Shown: positions 55,418-64,000, counted from the stretch's first letter. The stretch is 64,000 bases of DNA from an uncultured archaeon (GCA_963729635.1 CAVSOP010000009.1:64688-128687), one strand, 5' to 3'. A program made the numbers and translations. The notes: generated by a model not told the origin, from the letters alone.

Positions 55418-56203
55418 ATGGCCATGGATGCAAAAAACGCTGCGAAACCTTCGGAGGACGAGTTCGGCTCGGACAGGACCCAGAGGTGCATAGACCTGAT
55501 GAGGCCCGAGGTCAGGAAGCTGATGAAGCTGACCCTCGCCCAGAAGATAAAGAAGTCCGAGGAGATAATCAGGCAGGCCGCCAAGAAGTACCCGAACATG
55601 GGAATGGGCTTCAGCGGAGGCGCGGACAGCGAGGTCATGGCGCACATCGTGCTGAAGATAAAGCACGACATCCCGATCCTGTTCGTCGACACCAGGTACG
55701 AGTTCCCCGAGACCTTCGACTTCGTCGAGAAGCTGAGGAAGGAGTGGGACTTCGAGAGCCTGACCACCGTAAGGGCGGGCACGGACAAGGCCGAGGAGTA
55801 CAAGAAGAAGTACGGATTCGGAACCCCGGAGTTCACGCTGGCCTTCAACAAGCACCACAAGATAGAGCCCATGATGAGGGGCGTTAGGACCCTGCACATG
55901 GACGCGTTCCTCGGCGGAATAAGGGGCGTCGAGCACGAGGAGAGGGCGAAGGAGAGCATATTCTCCCCGAGGAAGGACCACATGAGGGTGCATCCCCTTC
56001 TCTTCTGGACCAGGGACGACGTCAAGACCTACCTGAAGAATAACAAGCTGCCGTACCACCCGCTGTACGACAGGGGCTACACGTCGCTGGGATCCACCCT
56101 GGACACGACCCCGAACAAGGGCTCAAGCATGCACGAGAGGGCAGGAAGGGGCGTTGCGAGGGAGAGGATAATGAAGAAGCTCAGGGCGCTGGGTTACAAC
56201 TAG
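55418..56203 (+). CDS. PAPS reductase/ATP-sulfurylase-fold (CysH-like) family protein
   Basis: GMGFSGGADSEVMAHIV (PP-loop-like), ILFVDTRYEFPETFDFV, PLYDRGYTSLG. ATG at 55418 (the track ORF starts at GTG 55409). Confidence 0.75.
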   Translation: MAMDAKNAAKPSEDEFGSDRTQRCIDLMRPEVRKLMKLTLAQKIKKSEEIIRQAAKKYPNMGMGFSGGADSEVMAHIVLKIKHDIPILFVDTRYEFPETFDFVEKLRKEWDFESLTTVRAGTDKAEEYKKKYGFGTPEFTLAFNKHHKIEPMMRGVRTLHMDAFLGGIRGVEHEERAKESIFSPRKDHMRVHPLLFWTRDDVKTYLKNNKLPYHPLYDRGYTSLGSTLDTTPNKGSSMHERAGRGVARERIMKKLRALGYN

Positions 56204-56303
56204 AGCCCGATCCGGAAGTTCTGCGGGCCTATGCCGATTCCAGGCATGGGCTCCTGCGCAGAATCTTCGTGCAGCCCGCAACCTTTTTATCCTACGAACG
56301 AGA

Positions 56304-57527
56304 ATGATTCGCATGAGGAAGTTCAACATATCCATAATCGTCCTGGATACCATCAGGCTGGACACTTTCAAGATGCTGAACAGGAGGAAGGACCTGAACC
56401 TCTCGAAGCTCGGCAACTTCTTCTACCTTGGACAAGTGCATAGCCCCTGCGACCTGGACCCTCCCTTCGCACGCGTCCCTGTTCACCGGCCAGTACCCTG
56501 CGGAGCACGGCGCGCACGAGACGCGCACGGTCAAGTGCCTCGACATAGACAACATAATGCTCAAGTCGAAGACGTTCATAACCGACCTCAAGGAGATGGG
56601 CTACACCACCTACGCGGTGACGTCCAACCCATACTTCAGCCCGGTCTACGGCTTCGACGAGTTCGACCGCTTCATAGAGGAGACCTACTTCACCGACGTC
56701 TACGGCAGCGTCGTCGAGGTCTCCGAGAAGATCAAGCCCAGGATGGCGAAGTACAGGAGCAAGTACGGGACAAACGTGCTGAGGATATCCGCCGCGGTGC
56801 TCGGCGAGGACCCGGGCCTGTTCTTCGAGGCGCTCGCGACGGGCCTGGTCCTCACCCCGATCGCGGTCATGAAGAAGATGAAGGCGAAGCTGATCGACAA
56901 TTGGCCGATAGAGAAGGGCGGGAGGAACATGGTGCGCGTCGAGAAGCGGATGAGGCTCAAGAAGCCCTTCCTCTTCTTCGCGAACTTCATGGAGCCGCAC
57001 GACCCTTACGTCGGCACGCCATCCAAGGACCTGAACTGGTCCACGTCATTCATGAAGAAGGAGGTCGACCCCAAGCTGCTGAAGCTGTGGAAGAGGGCTG
57101 TACCTGAAGGCGTCGATAAGGGGCTTCAAGTACGCCCACGAGATGGTCGCGGACCTGATCGAGCGGTTCGGCGACGACCAGATGATAATCTTCCTCTCGG
57201 ACCACGGCCAGTCCTTCAACGAGCACGGCTACGTGGGCCACGGGATAAAGCTCTTCGACGAGTCGGTCAGGGTGCCTTTCGCGGTGATGATGCCAAAGGG
57301 GTTCAAGGAGGTGAAGTCCAACGACTACTCCTCGCTCGTGAACGTGACGCGACTTCATCTTCGCCGCGCTGCAGGGCGACGAGAACGCCATGGAGAGGCT
57401 CTACAGCAAGGTCGTGAGGGCCGAGAGCTTCGGGATCCCCGCCAACGTCTCGCACGTCAAGGGCATAGACATGAACAAGGTTCGCAAGAACGACATAGTC
57501 AGGGTAAGGGAGTTCAAGTCAAGATGA
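56304..57527 (+). CDS. Alkaline-phosphatase-superfamily hydrolase/transferase (NPP/sulfatase-like, Thr nucleophile) (three frame disruptions)
   Basis: ISIIVLDTIRLD; TWTLPSHASLFTG (T-x-P-S-H..TG, NPP-like rather than sulfatase CxPxR); FMEPHDPY; FLSDHGQSFNEHGYVGHG. Pieces are ORFs 56304.., 56428..57417 and 57143.., plus a last frame to a stop at 57525..57527. Confidence 0.6.
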
Positions 57528-57540
57528 CCGTGGTCAGCGG

Positions 57541-57768
57541 TCACTTGGTGTAGCCGAGGGCCCTGAGCTTCTCAACGACCCCGTGCGCGTCCTTCTTGCC
57601 CTTCTTCTCAAGCTCCATCTCCGTTACCGTCTCCCTTAGGATGTACGTAACGTAGTCGGAGACCGACGAGAAGCTCGTGCTCCGTATCTTGTCCTGCAGC
57701 TTGTTGAAGAGGAGCGTGGGTATGGTTATGGTGGTGTACTTCCTCTTCTCGGCTGTTTTCTTGGCCAT
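57541..57768 (-). CDS. Ribbon-helix-helix (CopG-like) DNA-binding protein
   Basis: 75 aa. KYTTITIPTLLFNKLQDKIRSTSFSSVSDYVTYILRE is an RHH beta-strand plus two helices. Confidence 0.65.
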   Translation of the reverse strand: MAKKTAEKRKYTTITIPTLLFNKLQDKIRSTSFSSVSDYVTYILRETVTEMELEKKGKKDAHGVVEKLRALGYTK

Positions 57769-57922
57769 AGTGTCACCAAACGTAGGTAAACGTCACAGTA
57801 TTACTGGTACAGCAGGATATTAGAAGGTTCGCTCGAGTCTGGCATTGCATGGAGGTTCCCGATTTCTGAAAAAGCACAATCTATAAATAGGGGTAGCGCC
57901 AATTAATCTACAAGGTAATCGG

Positions 57923-57982
57923 ATGGCTTCAAAGACCTATACGACGATCGAGTTGCTCGGGACGTCACCCTGTGATGCATAA
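57923..57982 (+). pseudogene. Possible truncated dodecin-like gene fragment
   Basis: 19-codon ORF MASKTYTTIELLGTSPCDA* resembles the dodecin N-terminus (..vYK.iEl.GsS..). It stops where the family continues. Very short, so tentative. Confidence 0.25.
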
Positions 57983-58056
57983 CAAAGGGTACCCTACTGT
58001 AAAGAATTCTAACTTCTTATCCTGTTGAAAACATAAACGCCATAGTCACTACTGGA

Positions 58057-58839
58057 GTGACATTCGAGAAGATAGCCGATTGGCTCAAGGCATCCGTGGA
58101 AGGGAAGAAGACGGTGGGCATCGATTTCGGAGGGACCTTCGATTTCCAGAATATGTTTAATGACTTCAAATTATTGGCGAAAGCTCCCGAAGTCGAGGTC
58201 GTCGCATATTCCATAGACACGAAGGCCGAGCTCCACAGGAAGCCATATTTCCCGAATGATATCGTGATAGACATCGCCGACGAGGGAAAGACATCCAAGG
58301 CGAGGTATCCCGTGGCGCAGCGCGCGAGCCTCTACGTTTCTCAGCAGGCGCTGAGTACTGGGCAAGCTATGGACGCATACAAGGCGCTGACCGACAGGAT
58401 AGTCAAGGAAAAGCCGCGCTTCAGGGCCGACCTGTCGGAGATCTACAATGCGGCGTCGTACGTCCTGGATCTGGTGAAGGACGCGAACACAGTCTTCGAC
58501 GTCCAGCACGGAATGAACCGCGAGCTGCTATCGCTGCAGCTCGAGGATTCGCTCAGCATCAGCATAACCAACAAGGAACCCGATAGATTCAAGCCAGAAC
58601 TGGGCGGAACGGGGCACGGAATGCCCCACATGAAAGAGGACGTAGTAGTATACGCGCTCGCGAAGGAAGGCAACAACGGCACCCTCAGGCACATGCTGGA
58701 GGAAATACAGAGGGGGCAAGAGACGAGACTGCTGGACGGGCGGCCTCAGATATTCGCCATAGCCGAGACCGGGAACTCCCTTTTCAGGGCATCCGCGAAT
58801 CCACAGACCAGGGCATGCCTAAAAGGCATCTTCAGGTAG
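58057..58839 (+). CDS. Hypothetical protein
   Basis: 260-aa ORF (GTG start at 58057; start uncertain) in an AT-richer patch. No family recognised. Confidence 0.5.
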   Translation: MTFEKIADWLKASVEGKKTVGIDFGGTFDFQNMFNDFKLLAKAPEVEVVAYSIDTKAELHRKPYFPNDIVIDIADEGKTSKARYPVAQRASLYVSQQALSTGQAMDAYKALTDRIVKEKPRFRADLSEIYNAASYVLDLVKDANTVFDVQHGMNRELLSLQLEDSLSISITNKEPDRFKPELGGTGHGMPHMKEDVVVYALAKEGNNGTLRHMLEEIQRGQETRLLDGRPQIFAIAETGNSLFRASANPQTRACLKGIFR

Positions 58840-58855
58840 GCCGCGGCGACTCCAC

Positions 58856-60778
58856 TTATCCTTTGAATATCGGCCGCTTCGAGAGCAGCATGCTGAGCGT
58901 CAGCGGGCTCCTTGGCATGCCGTCGAGTTCCTTTGCCACTCTTGCTTCCAGGTCCTGAATTGACATGTGTTCCTGCGTCTTGCTTGCTCTTACTCTGACG
59001 GCCAGTTTGCTCGACGAGAGTTCCTTCTCACCTACCACGCAGATGTACGGCACCCAGTCCTTCTCGGCATTGCCTATTTTCTTTCCCAGCGTATCGTCCC
59101 TGTCATCGATATCGACTCTTATCTCCTTGGACTTCAGTTTCTCGGCAAGCTCAGTGCAGTTTTCGACATATTTGTCGGAGAGAGGGAGAATCCTCACCTG
59201 CGTCGGCGAGAGCCATAGCGGAAGCGCGGGTACTTCTCCCCTTTCCTGATTGATGTAGGCAAGTTCCAAGAGAGCATGTATTACCCGCTCTATCGCTCCG
59301 CTCGGGGAGCAGTGCAGGATTACTGGAGTCTTCATTTCGCCGTCCTTGTCATGGTATTTTAGATCATATCTCTTGCCATTTTCATGATCGATTTGCACGG
59401 TAGATAGGGCCGCGGCCTTGCCAGAGGAATCCAGAACGTTGAATTCGAACTTCGGGTCGAAGTACGCGTATCTGAAGTTCCACATCTCAATAAGAGCGGG
59501 CTTCTTCAGGTATTCTTTCACCAATTTTAAGACAAACTCCTTGTGATCCTGCCAGAAACCTTCGGTGAATCTTACCGCCGCTTCATACTCTTCGGTCTGT
59601 ATGCCTATTCCAGACAACACCGATTGACAGAACTTGAACTGTTTGTCGAATTCGCTCTCCGCGGAGATAAGATCCGCGCAGATCGAATGCATATCAGGCA
59701 TGGTGAATGCCCTCAGCCTCTTGAGGCCCGCGAGCTCGCCGCTCTTCTCCCTTCTGAATGAGTAACGAGTGAGTTCGTAGACCTTGAGTGGCAGGTTCTT
59801 GTAGGAGATGGTAGCGTCGTGCAGCATCAGGAACTGGCCGAAGCACGCTGCGAATCGCAGGAAGTACTCCTTTTCATCTGATTTCACTATGTAGTGCCTC
59901 GACGGGAACCTGTCTAGATACTCCTTGAGCGCAGGATGGTCGTACGCATACATTATGGGAGTCTCGACCTCTGCCGCCCCGTACTCGGTTACTCTCCTAG
60001 TGACGTATTGCTCCAGCAGGCTCTTTACCAGCCTGCCGTTAGGGTAGAAACGCATGTTCCCAGGATCGGACCCGGGCTCATAATCCACGAGTTCAAGCCT
60101 TTGCATGAGACGGATATGAGGCGGTTCCTGGGCGTATGCCCTGACCTTCTTTATCTCGTAATCCGCAAACTTCTTCAAGTTCGGATATTTCTCAAAGTCG
60201 AAATCCCCGACAGGTACGAGGCCCTTGTTAGGGTCGAGTATGTACCAGGTGGAGATGACTTTGTCTTCTTCCTTGAGCGCCGCTGATTCCTTGATCTCAG
60301 ATTTAGTGGAAGCTATGGATGGCGGATGGGTTTTGGATTCCTTTTCGCTCTCAGCGGCAACCGAGGCAGGCTTTGGGCCGTAGCTCCTTGACATCTCCGC
60401 CAGCGGATGGCCCTTGACCGAGACGCCAAGCTTCTTGTTCCAGCCGAAAGGGGCCTTCCTGGCCTCCACGCCCTCCGGCGCGTCCGCGAGCATGTCTTTC
60501 AGTATCTTCTGCGCCTCCTCAGGCGCCAGCAGGTTCTTGCTGAGGTGGGCGAACGGGTATATCACGAGTTTCTTCCTCCCCTGCTTAGCCATGAACGCCG
60601 CGACGTCCCTCATCGCCTCCTTGGCGGTCGAGGCATCGTCGCCCTTCTCGACGCTCACAAGCATCACTATCGCGTCGTCCACGGAGACGCGCTTCTCGCT
60701 GCTTTCCTCATGGACGCGGGCCTCAGGCTTGACCAGCTCGTAGGTTATGTTGTCGACATCCAGCTGAAGTATCTTCAT
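58856..60778 (-). CDS. thrS: Threonine--tRNA ligase (archaeal type with N-terminal editing domain)
   Basis: 640 aa. The N-terminal ~140 aa resemble the archaeal ThrRS editing domain (VIYPFAHLS...APFGW). Class-II core (FRREKSGELAGLKRLRAFTMPDMH, HCSPSGAIERV) plus an anticodon-binding domain. Confidence 0.9.
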   Translation of the reverse strand: MKILQLDVDNITYELVKPEARVHEESSEKRVSVDDAIVMLVSVEKGDDASTAKEAMRDVAAFMAKQGRKKLVIYPFAHLSKNLLAPEEAQKILKDMLADAPEGVEARKAPFGWNKKLGVSVKGHPLAEMSRSYGPKPASVAAESEKESKTHPPSIASTKSEIKESAALKEEDKVISTWYILDPNKGLVPVGDFDFEKYPNLKKFADYEIKKVRAYAQEPPHIRLMQRLELVDYEPGSDPGNMRFYPNGRLVKSLLEQYVTRRVTEYGAAEVETPIMYAYDHPALKEYLDRFPSRHYIVKSDEKEYFLRFAACFGQFLMLHDATISYKNLPLKVYELTRYSFRREKSGELAGLKRLRAFTMPDMHSICADLISAESEFDKQFKFCQSVLSGIGIQTEEYEAAVRFTEGFWQDHKEFVLKLVKEYLKKPALIEMWNFRYAYFDPKFEFNVLDSSGKAAALSTVQIDHENGKRYDLKYHDKDGEMKTPVILHCSPSGAIERVIHALLELAYINQERGEVPALPLWLSPTQVRILPLSDKYVENCTELAEKLKSKEIRVDIDDRDDTLGKKIGNAEKDWVPYICVVGEKELSSSKLAVRVRASKTQEHMSIQDLEARVAKELDGMPRSPLTLSMLLSKRPIFKG

Positions 60779-60871
60779 CGTAACACTTATTCATCATTGG
60801 AAGCAAATAATTAAAATAAAGCCGTGCCACACAATAGGTCAGATATATCCTGCCATCATTACTGAGGTAAC

Positions 60872-61399
60872 CTACTTTCCGCTATGGAGCAGTTTTTTCG
60901 GTATCCTGCCGACTTCTCTGAACCCTGTTTTCTCATACACATGTCTCGCGCGCGAGTTCGGCTCAAACACCTCCAGCAGGGCCAATTTCTTGCCGAATTT
61001 GCGGGCCTGCCTAATGAGCTCCTTCATCAGAATGGTCCCGAGCCCTCTTTCCCTATACTCTCTAGATATGGCTATGCCAAGACGACACACATGCGATTCC
61101 TTTCCGCTGTTGAACTGAACGCTACAGTTCGCTATTACCTTCCCACCTATCTCAGCAACTATTTAGACAGACTTTCCCGTTTTTATCTCGGTGAGTATAT
61201 TGGCTAGCCACTTTGCCTCCTCTTTCTTCGTAATCGGCTTCGTCATCAGGATCATGGCGTTTTCCTTTATCAGCGAATTTATGAATTTCAAGAGGTCGCC
61301 GAGGTCATCTCTCCTAGGTGTGCGCAAAGTCACTTCGGTCCCGTCTTTTAAGGTCTGCCGTGATAACGTTTGACCTGCCCTTAAGTACATTGCCAACAC
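60872..61399 (-). pseudogene. GNAT acetyltransferase interrupted by an in-frame TAA
   Basis: ORFs 61163..61399 and 60872..61090 are in the same frame: ...EIKTGKSV-TAA(61163..61165)-IVAEIGGKVIANCSVQF...GIAISREYRERGLGTILM.... Together they form one GNAT fold. Confidence 0.6.
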
Positions 61400-61495
61400 T
61401 CTTCAGTCAGAATGGCTTGGGCAAGGAATATATTGTTTCCCTTCTAACTGCCTGCACAATCGGGTTAAAAAGGCTTGTCCGAGATTCTCTATCTG

Positions 61496-62581
61496 ATGCC
61501 AATGAAAGTCACGATGGTCGGCCACGACTTCGATTTCAGCGCCGGGGACGGCATAAGCAGGTACTCCTTCGAGGTGAGCAAGGGCATGAGGAAGCGCGCC
61601 TCGGTGGAGACCGTGGCTGTAGGCGGGATACCGCGGCCGCTCAGGGCGCTGCGCACGGTCGACGCCAGGGGCGCTGACATAGTGCACCTGATGTATCCCG
61701 ACGTCTCGCGCGTGAACATAGGCCGCGGCAGGATGGTCATAATGTGGCACGACAACCGGGTCTTCACCAAGTACGCCTCCGAAAGCCAGCACAGGTCAAA
61801 GCCTAAGCTCGCGGAGAGGCTCGGCATCGCAAAATGGATAATCCAGAACATAGCGGCGGGAAACTACGTCAAGAGCTCAGCGATAATCTGCAACAGCTCG
61901 CAGACGCTCGCCGAGCTCAGGGAATACTTCTCGGGCATGGGTCTCTTCGACGCCAGCAAGATATACAGGGTCATACCCCTTGCCATCGGAGACGAGTTCA
62001 TACGGACCAGGGTCTGGCACGGGAAGAGGAGGGACTTAGCGTACGTCGGCTCGATACACCTGAAGCACAAGAACCTCTCCGGCCTGTTGGCCGTATTCGA
62101 TAAGGTTACTGAGAGCAGCGGCGCGAGGCTGCACATCTTCACCTCGAGCCCGAACGCGGAGGGGATTCTCGACGCAAGCCTTTCGAAGTCCAAGAATCTC
62201 TCAAGGACCAACGTCATACTGCACTACAGGGCGCCAGACTCCGAGGTGCTAAAATACCTACCGAAGCTCGTTGCCTACCTGCACCTCTCCAAGGAGGAGG
62301 GTCTGGGCCTGCCGATACTCGAGGCGATCGCTACGGGGACCAACGCGGTGGTGCTGAAGGAGGCGAGGATACCTATGGAGGTCAGAATGCACGCAATAAG
62401 CGTCCCTGAGACCCGCGTTGCCGCTGAGCTTCTCAAGCTCATGGCATCCCCGAGGCCCGCTCCCGCGCGCGCCATTGCGTACGCCAGGGGTTTCACCTGG
62501 AAGCAGGTTGTCGACGAGACTCTGAAGGTATATAAGGAGGTCCTATCAAATGGACACCGCGCGCAACGCCATAGAAGGTAA
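61496..62581 (+). CDS. GT4-family (GT-B) glycosyltransferase
   Basis: MKVTMVGHDF...; C-terminal HLSKEEGLGLPILEAIATGTNAVV (E-x7-E motif). ATG at 61496 (the track ORF starts at TTG 61475). Confidence 0.8.
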   Translation: MPMKVTMVGHDFDFSAGDGISRYSFEVSKGMRKRASVETVAVGGIPRPLRALRTVDARGADIVHLMYPDVSRVNIGRGRMVIMWHDNRVFTKYASESQHRSKPKLAERLGIAKWIIQNIAAGNYVKSSAIICNSSQTLAELREYFSGMGLFDASKIYRVIPLAIGDEFIRTRVWHGKRRDLAYVGSIHLKHKNLSGLLAVFDKVTESSGARLHIFTSSPNAEGILDASLSKSKNLSRTNVILHYRAPDSEVLKYLPKLVAYLHLSKEEGLGLPILEAIATGTNAVVLKEARIPMEVRMHAISVPETRVAAELLKLMASPRPAPARAIAYARGFTWKQVVDETLKVYKEVLSNGHRAQRHRR

Positions 62582-62640
62582 ACATTTTATATGTGCTCTG
62601 CGATATCATATTAGAAGTCTGGCCCTTTAAGGCGAATGGA

Positions 62641-62865
62641 ATGAAGCAGTATTTCAAAATATTAATTGAGAAAGATGAAGACGGAGCATTTATCGCTACT
62701 GTTCCTCAGCTGCCCGGATGCGTTTCCGATGGCAAGACAAGAAACGAGGCATTGAAGAATGTAAGGGAGGCAATCCAGGGCTACCTCACAAGCCTTAAAA
62801 AACACAAGGAGCCAGTTCCACCGCCAATCAGCGAGGAGGTCATAGCGGTGAATGTGAGTGCATAA
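62641..62865 (+). CDS. hicB: HicB-family antitoxin
   Basis: From the ATG at 62641: MKQYFKILIEKDEDGAFIATVPQLPGCVSDGKTRNEALKNVREAIQGYL is the classical HicB N-domain. Confidence 0.8.
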   Translation: MKQYFKILIEKDEDGAFIATVPQLPGCVSDGKTRNEALKNVREAIQGYLTSLKKHKEPVPPPISEEVIAVNVSA

Positions 62866-63085
62866 GCTGCCCCTACTTTCTGCAAATAGCATCGTAAAGG
62901 CACTATCCAAGATCGGTTACAGTTATGATCACCAGACGGGCGGTCACATAATACTGAGAAATTCTATGCCTCCGCACAGGAGAGCGGTAGTGCCCAACCG
63001 TAAAGAAGTGCCTAGAGGCACTTTGAGAGCCATAATAAATGAAGCTGGGCTTACCGTTGACGGTTTCCTAAACCTTCTGAGTTAG
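62858..63085 (+). CDS. hicA: HicA-family toxin
   Basis: 75 aa (GTG start overlapping the hicB end). IVKALSKIGYSYDHQTGGHIILRN...VPRGTLRAIINEAGLTVDGFLNLL is HicA-like. Confidence 0.7.
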   Translation: MHKLPLLSANSIVKALSKIGYSYDHQTGGHIILRNSMPPHRRAVVPNRKEVPRGTLRAIINEAGLTVDGFLNLLS

Positions 63086-63168
63086 CGCATCGTCCCTGCT
63101 TCCCAAAGGGTATTGTCGACGATGCCCGAACTTATATAAGGAAGTTCTCGCCAATAAGTAACATTAGC

Positions 63169-64000
63169 ATGAAACTCTCAGAAGCTAGCAATAAGCTGCC
63201 GAAAGAGCTGCTGGAATCAGCGGCCATGCGCGGCGTCACCTCGCTCACTCCTCCTCAGGAACTCGCCATAGGGAACGGCCTCCTCGAGGGAAGGAACCTA
63301 GTCGTGGCGTCGCCCACCGCGAGCGGCAAAACCTTCATCGCGGAGATGGCAATAGCAATGGCCGTGATCCGCGACAGGAAGAAGGCGGTCTACGTGGCGC
63401 CGATGCGCGCCCTCGTGAGCGAGAAGTACGAGGACTTCAAGAAGGACTATCCCTTCCTCAGGGTGGCGATGTCCATCGGCGACCTCGACGCCGTCGACAA
63501 GTGGCTCTCGGACTACGACATAATCTTCGCCTCGACCGAGAAGCTCGACAGCCTGATAAGGCACGGCGTGGACTGGCTTGACTCCATCGGCTGCGTGGTC
63601 TTCGACGAGATCCACATGCTCGACGACCCCAGCAGGGGGCCCACCCTTGAGATACTCATAACGAAGATGCGCCGCGTCTGCAGCGATGCGCAGATACTCG
63701 CGCTTAGCGCCACCGTGGGCAATGCGAGGGAGATCGCCGACTGGCTCGACGCCGGGCTGGTGGAGAGCGACTACCGCCCGGTGAAGCTGGAGCGGGGGAT
63801 CGTGCTCAACGGCAAGACCTACTACCAGGAGGGCGAGGAGGAGCTCTTCGGGGACAGCACGATAGCCGAGATACGGGTCGCGCAGGACACGCTCCATCGG
63901 AAGAAGCAGGCGCTCGTCTTCCTCAGCACGAAGAGGAACGCGGAGGCCAGCTCGGAAAGGATAGCCCAGGCGGTCGAGGTGCTCCTGACCAATGAGGAGA
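63169..64000 (+). CDS. hel308: Ski2-like/Hel308 DNA helicase, N-terminal part (runs off the window end)
   Basis: ATG at 63169, with TATA-like CTTATATAAG at 63131..63140. LTPPQELAI, Walker A ASPTASGKT, VFDEIHML (DEIH), LALSATVGN. Open to position 64000, so absent from the ORF track. Confidence 0.85.
   Translation, partial: MKLSEASNKLPKELLESAAMRGVTSLTPPQELAIGNGLLEGRNLVVASPTASGKTFIAEMAIAMAVIRDRKKAVYVAPMRALVSEKYEDFKKDYPFLRVAMSIGDLDAVDKWLSDYDIIFASTEKLDSLIRHGVDWLDSIGCVVFDEIHMLDDPSRGPTLEILITKMRRVCSDAQILALSATVGNAREIADWLDAGLVESDYRPVKLERGIVLNGKTYYQEGEEELFGDSTIAEIRVAQDTLHRKKQALVFLSTKRNAEASSERIAQAVEVLLTNEE

Noticed and set aside
19672-57350. Frame switches as programmed ribosomal frameshifting or transcriptional slippage
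   Set aside because: There is no shared slippery heptamer or homopolymer at the sites I localised. There are up to 7 switches per gene, in both directions, spread over 18 unrelated genes. This is not compatible with programmed recoding.
61163-61165. In-frame TAA in the GNAT gene as a recoded (Sec/Pyl-type or reassigned) codon
   Set aside because: Sec uses TGA and Pyl uses TAG. TAA is used as an ordinary stop by many confident genes in this window (for example 7847..7849 and 9512..9514), so reassignment is not supported.

Overview
GC-rich archaeal chromosome segment. Archaeal markers: the L7Ae-S28e-L24e r-protein trio, a histone, an atpHIKECFABD operon, an intron-containing tRNA-Ser, an RNase P RNA, and an MVK/UbiD-like/AcnX/IPK mevalonate operon. 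Single 60-nt lines I counted by hand give 60-70% GC in the backbone. Three AT-richer patches interrupt it at about 5.1-9.6 kb, 21.3-23.8 kb and 57.8-63.1 kb. The backbone also carries thiI, cysS, thrS, deoxyhypusine synthase, a bacterial-type metK, a two-subunit 2-oxoacid:ferredoxin oxidoreductase, a presenilin-like protease, very large adhesin-like surface proteins, and a glycan/envelope-modification-type cluster. Main leads: (1) A ~4.5-kb low-GC element is bounded by an exact 11-bp direct repeat and by inverted arrays of a TGTC..CGGCTG motif. It carries a SWIM-finger IS6-like transposase translationally coupled to a DNA methyltransferase::PD-(D/E)xK fusion, a wHTH protein and an archaeosine-TGT-like (DpdA-like?) protein, making it a candidate mobile DNA-modification/defence module. 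(2) A tRNA-Ser-linked integrase remnant is surrounded by toxin-antitoxin pairs. (3) About three dozen single-base frame disruptions sit in conserved genes between 19.6 and 57.4 kb; assembly indels are the more likely cause, but this must be checked. No rRNA gene and no CRISPR array were seen. All calls rest on reading the sequence and on recalled family motifs; no searches were run.
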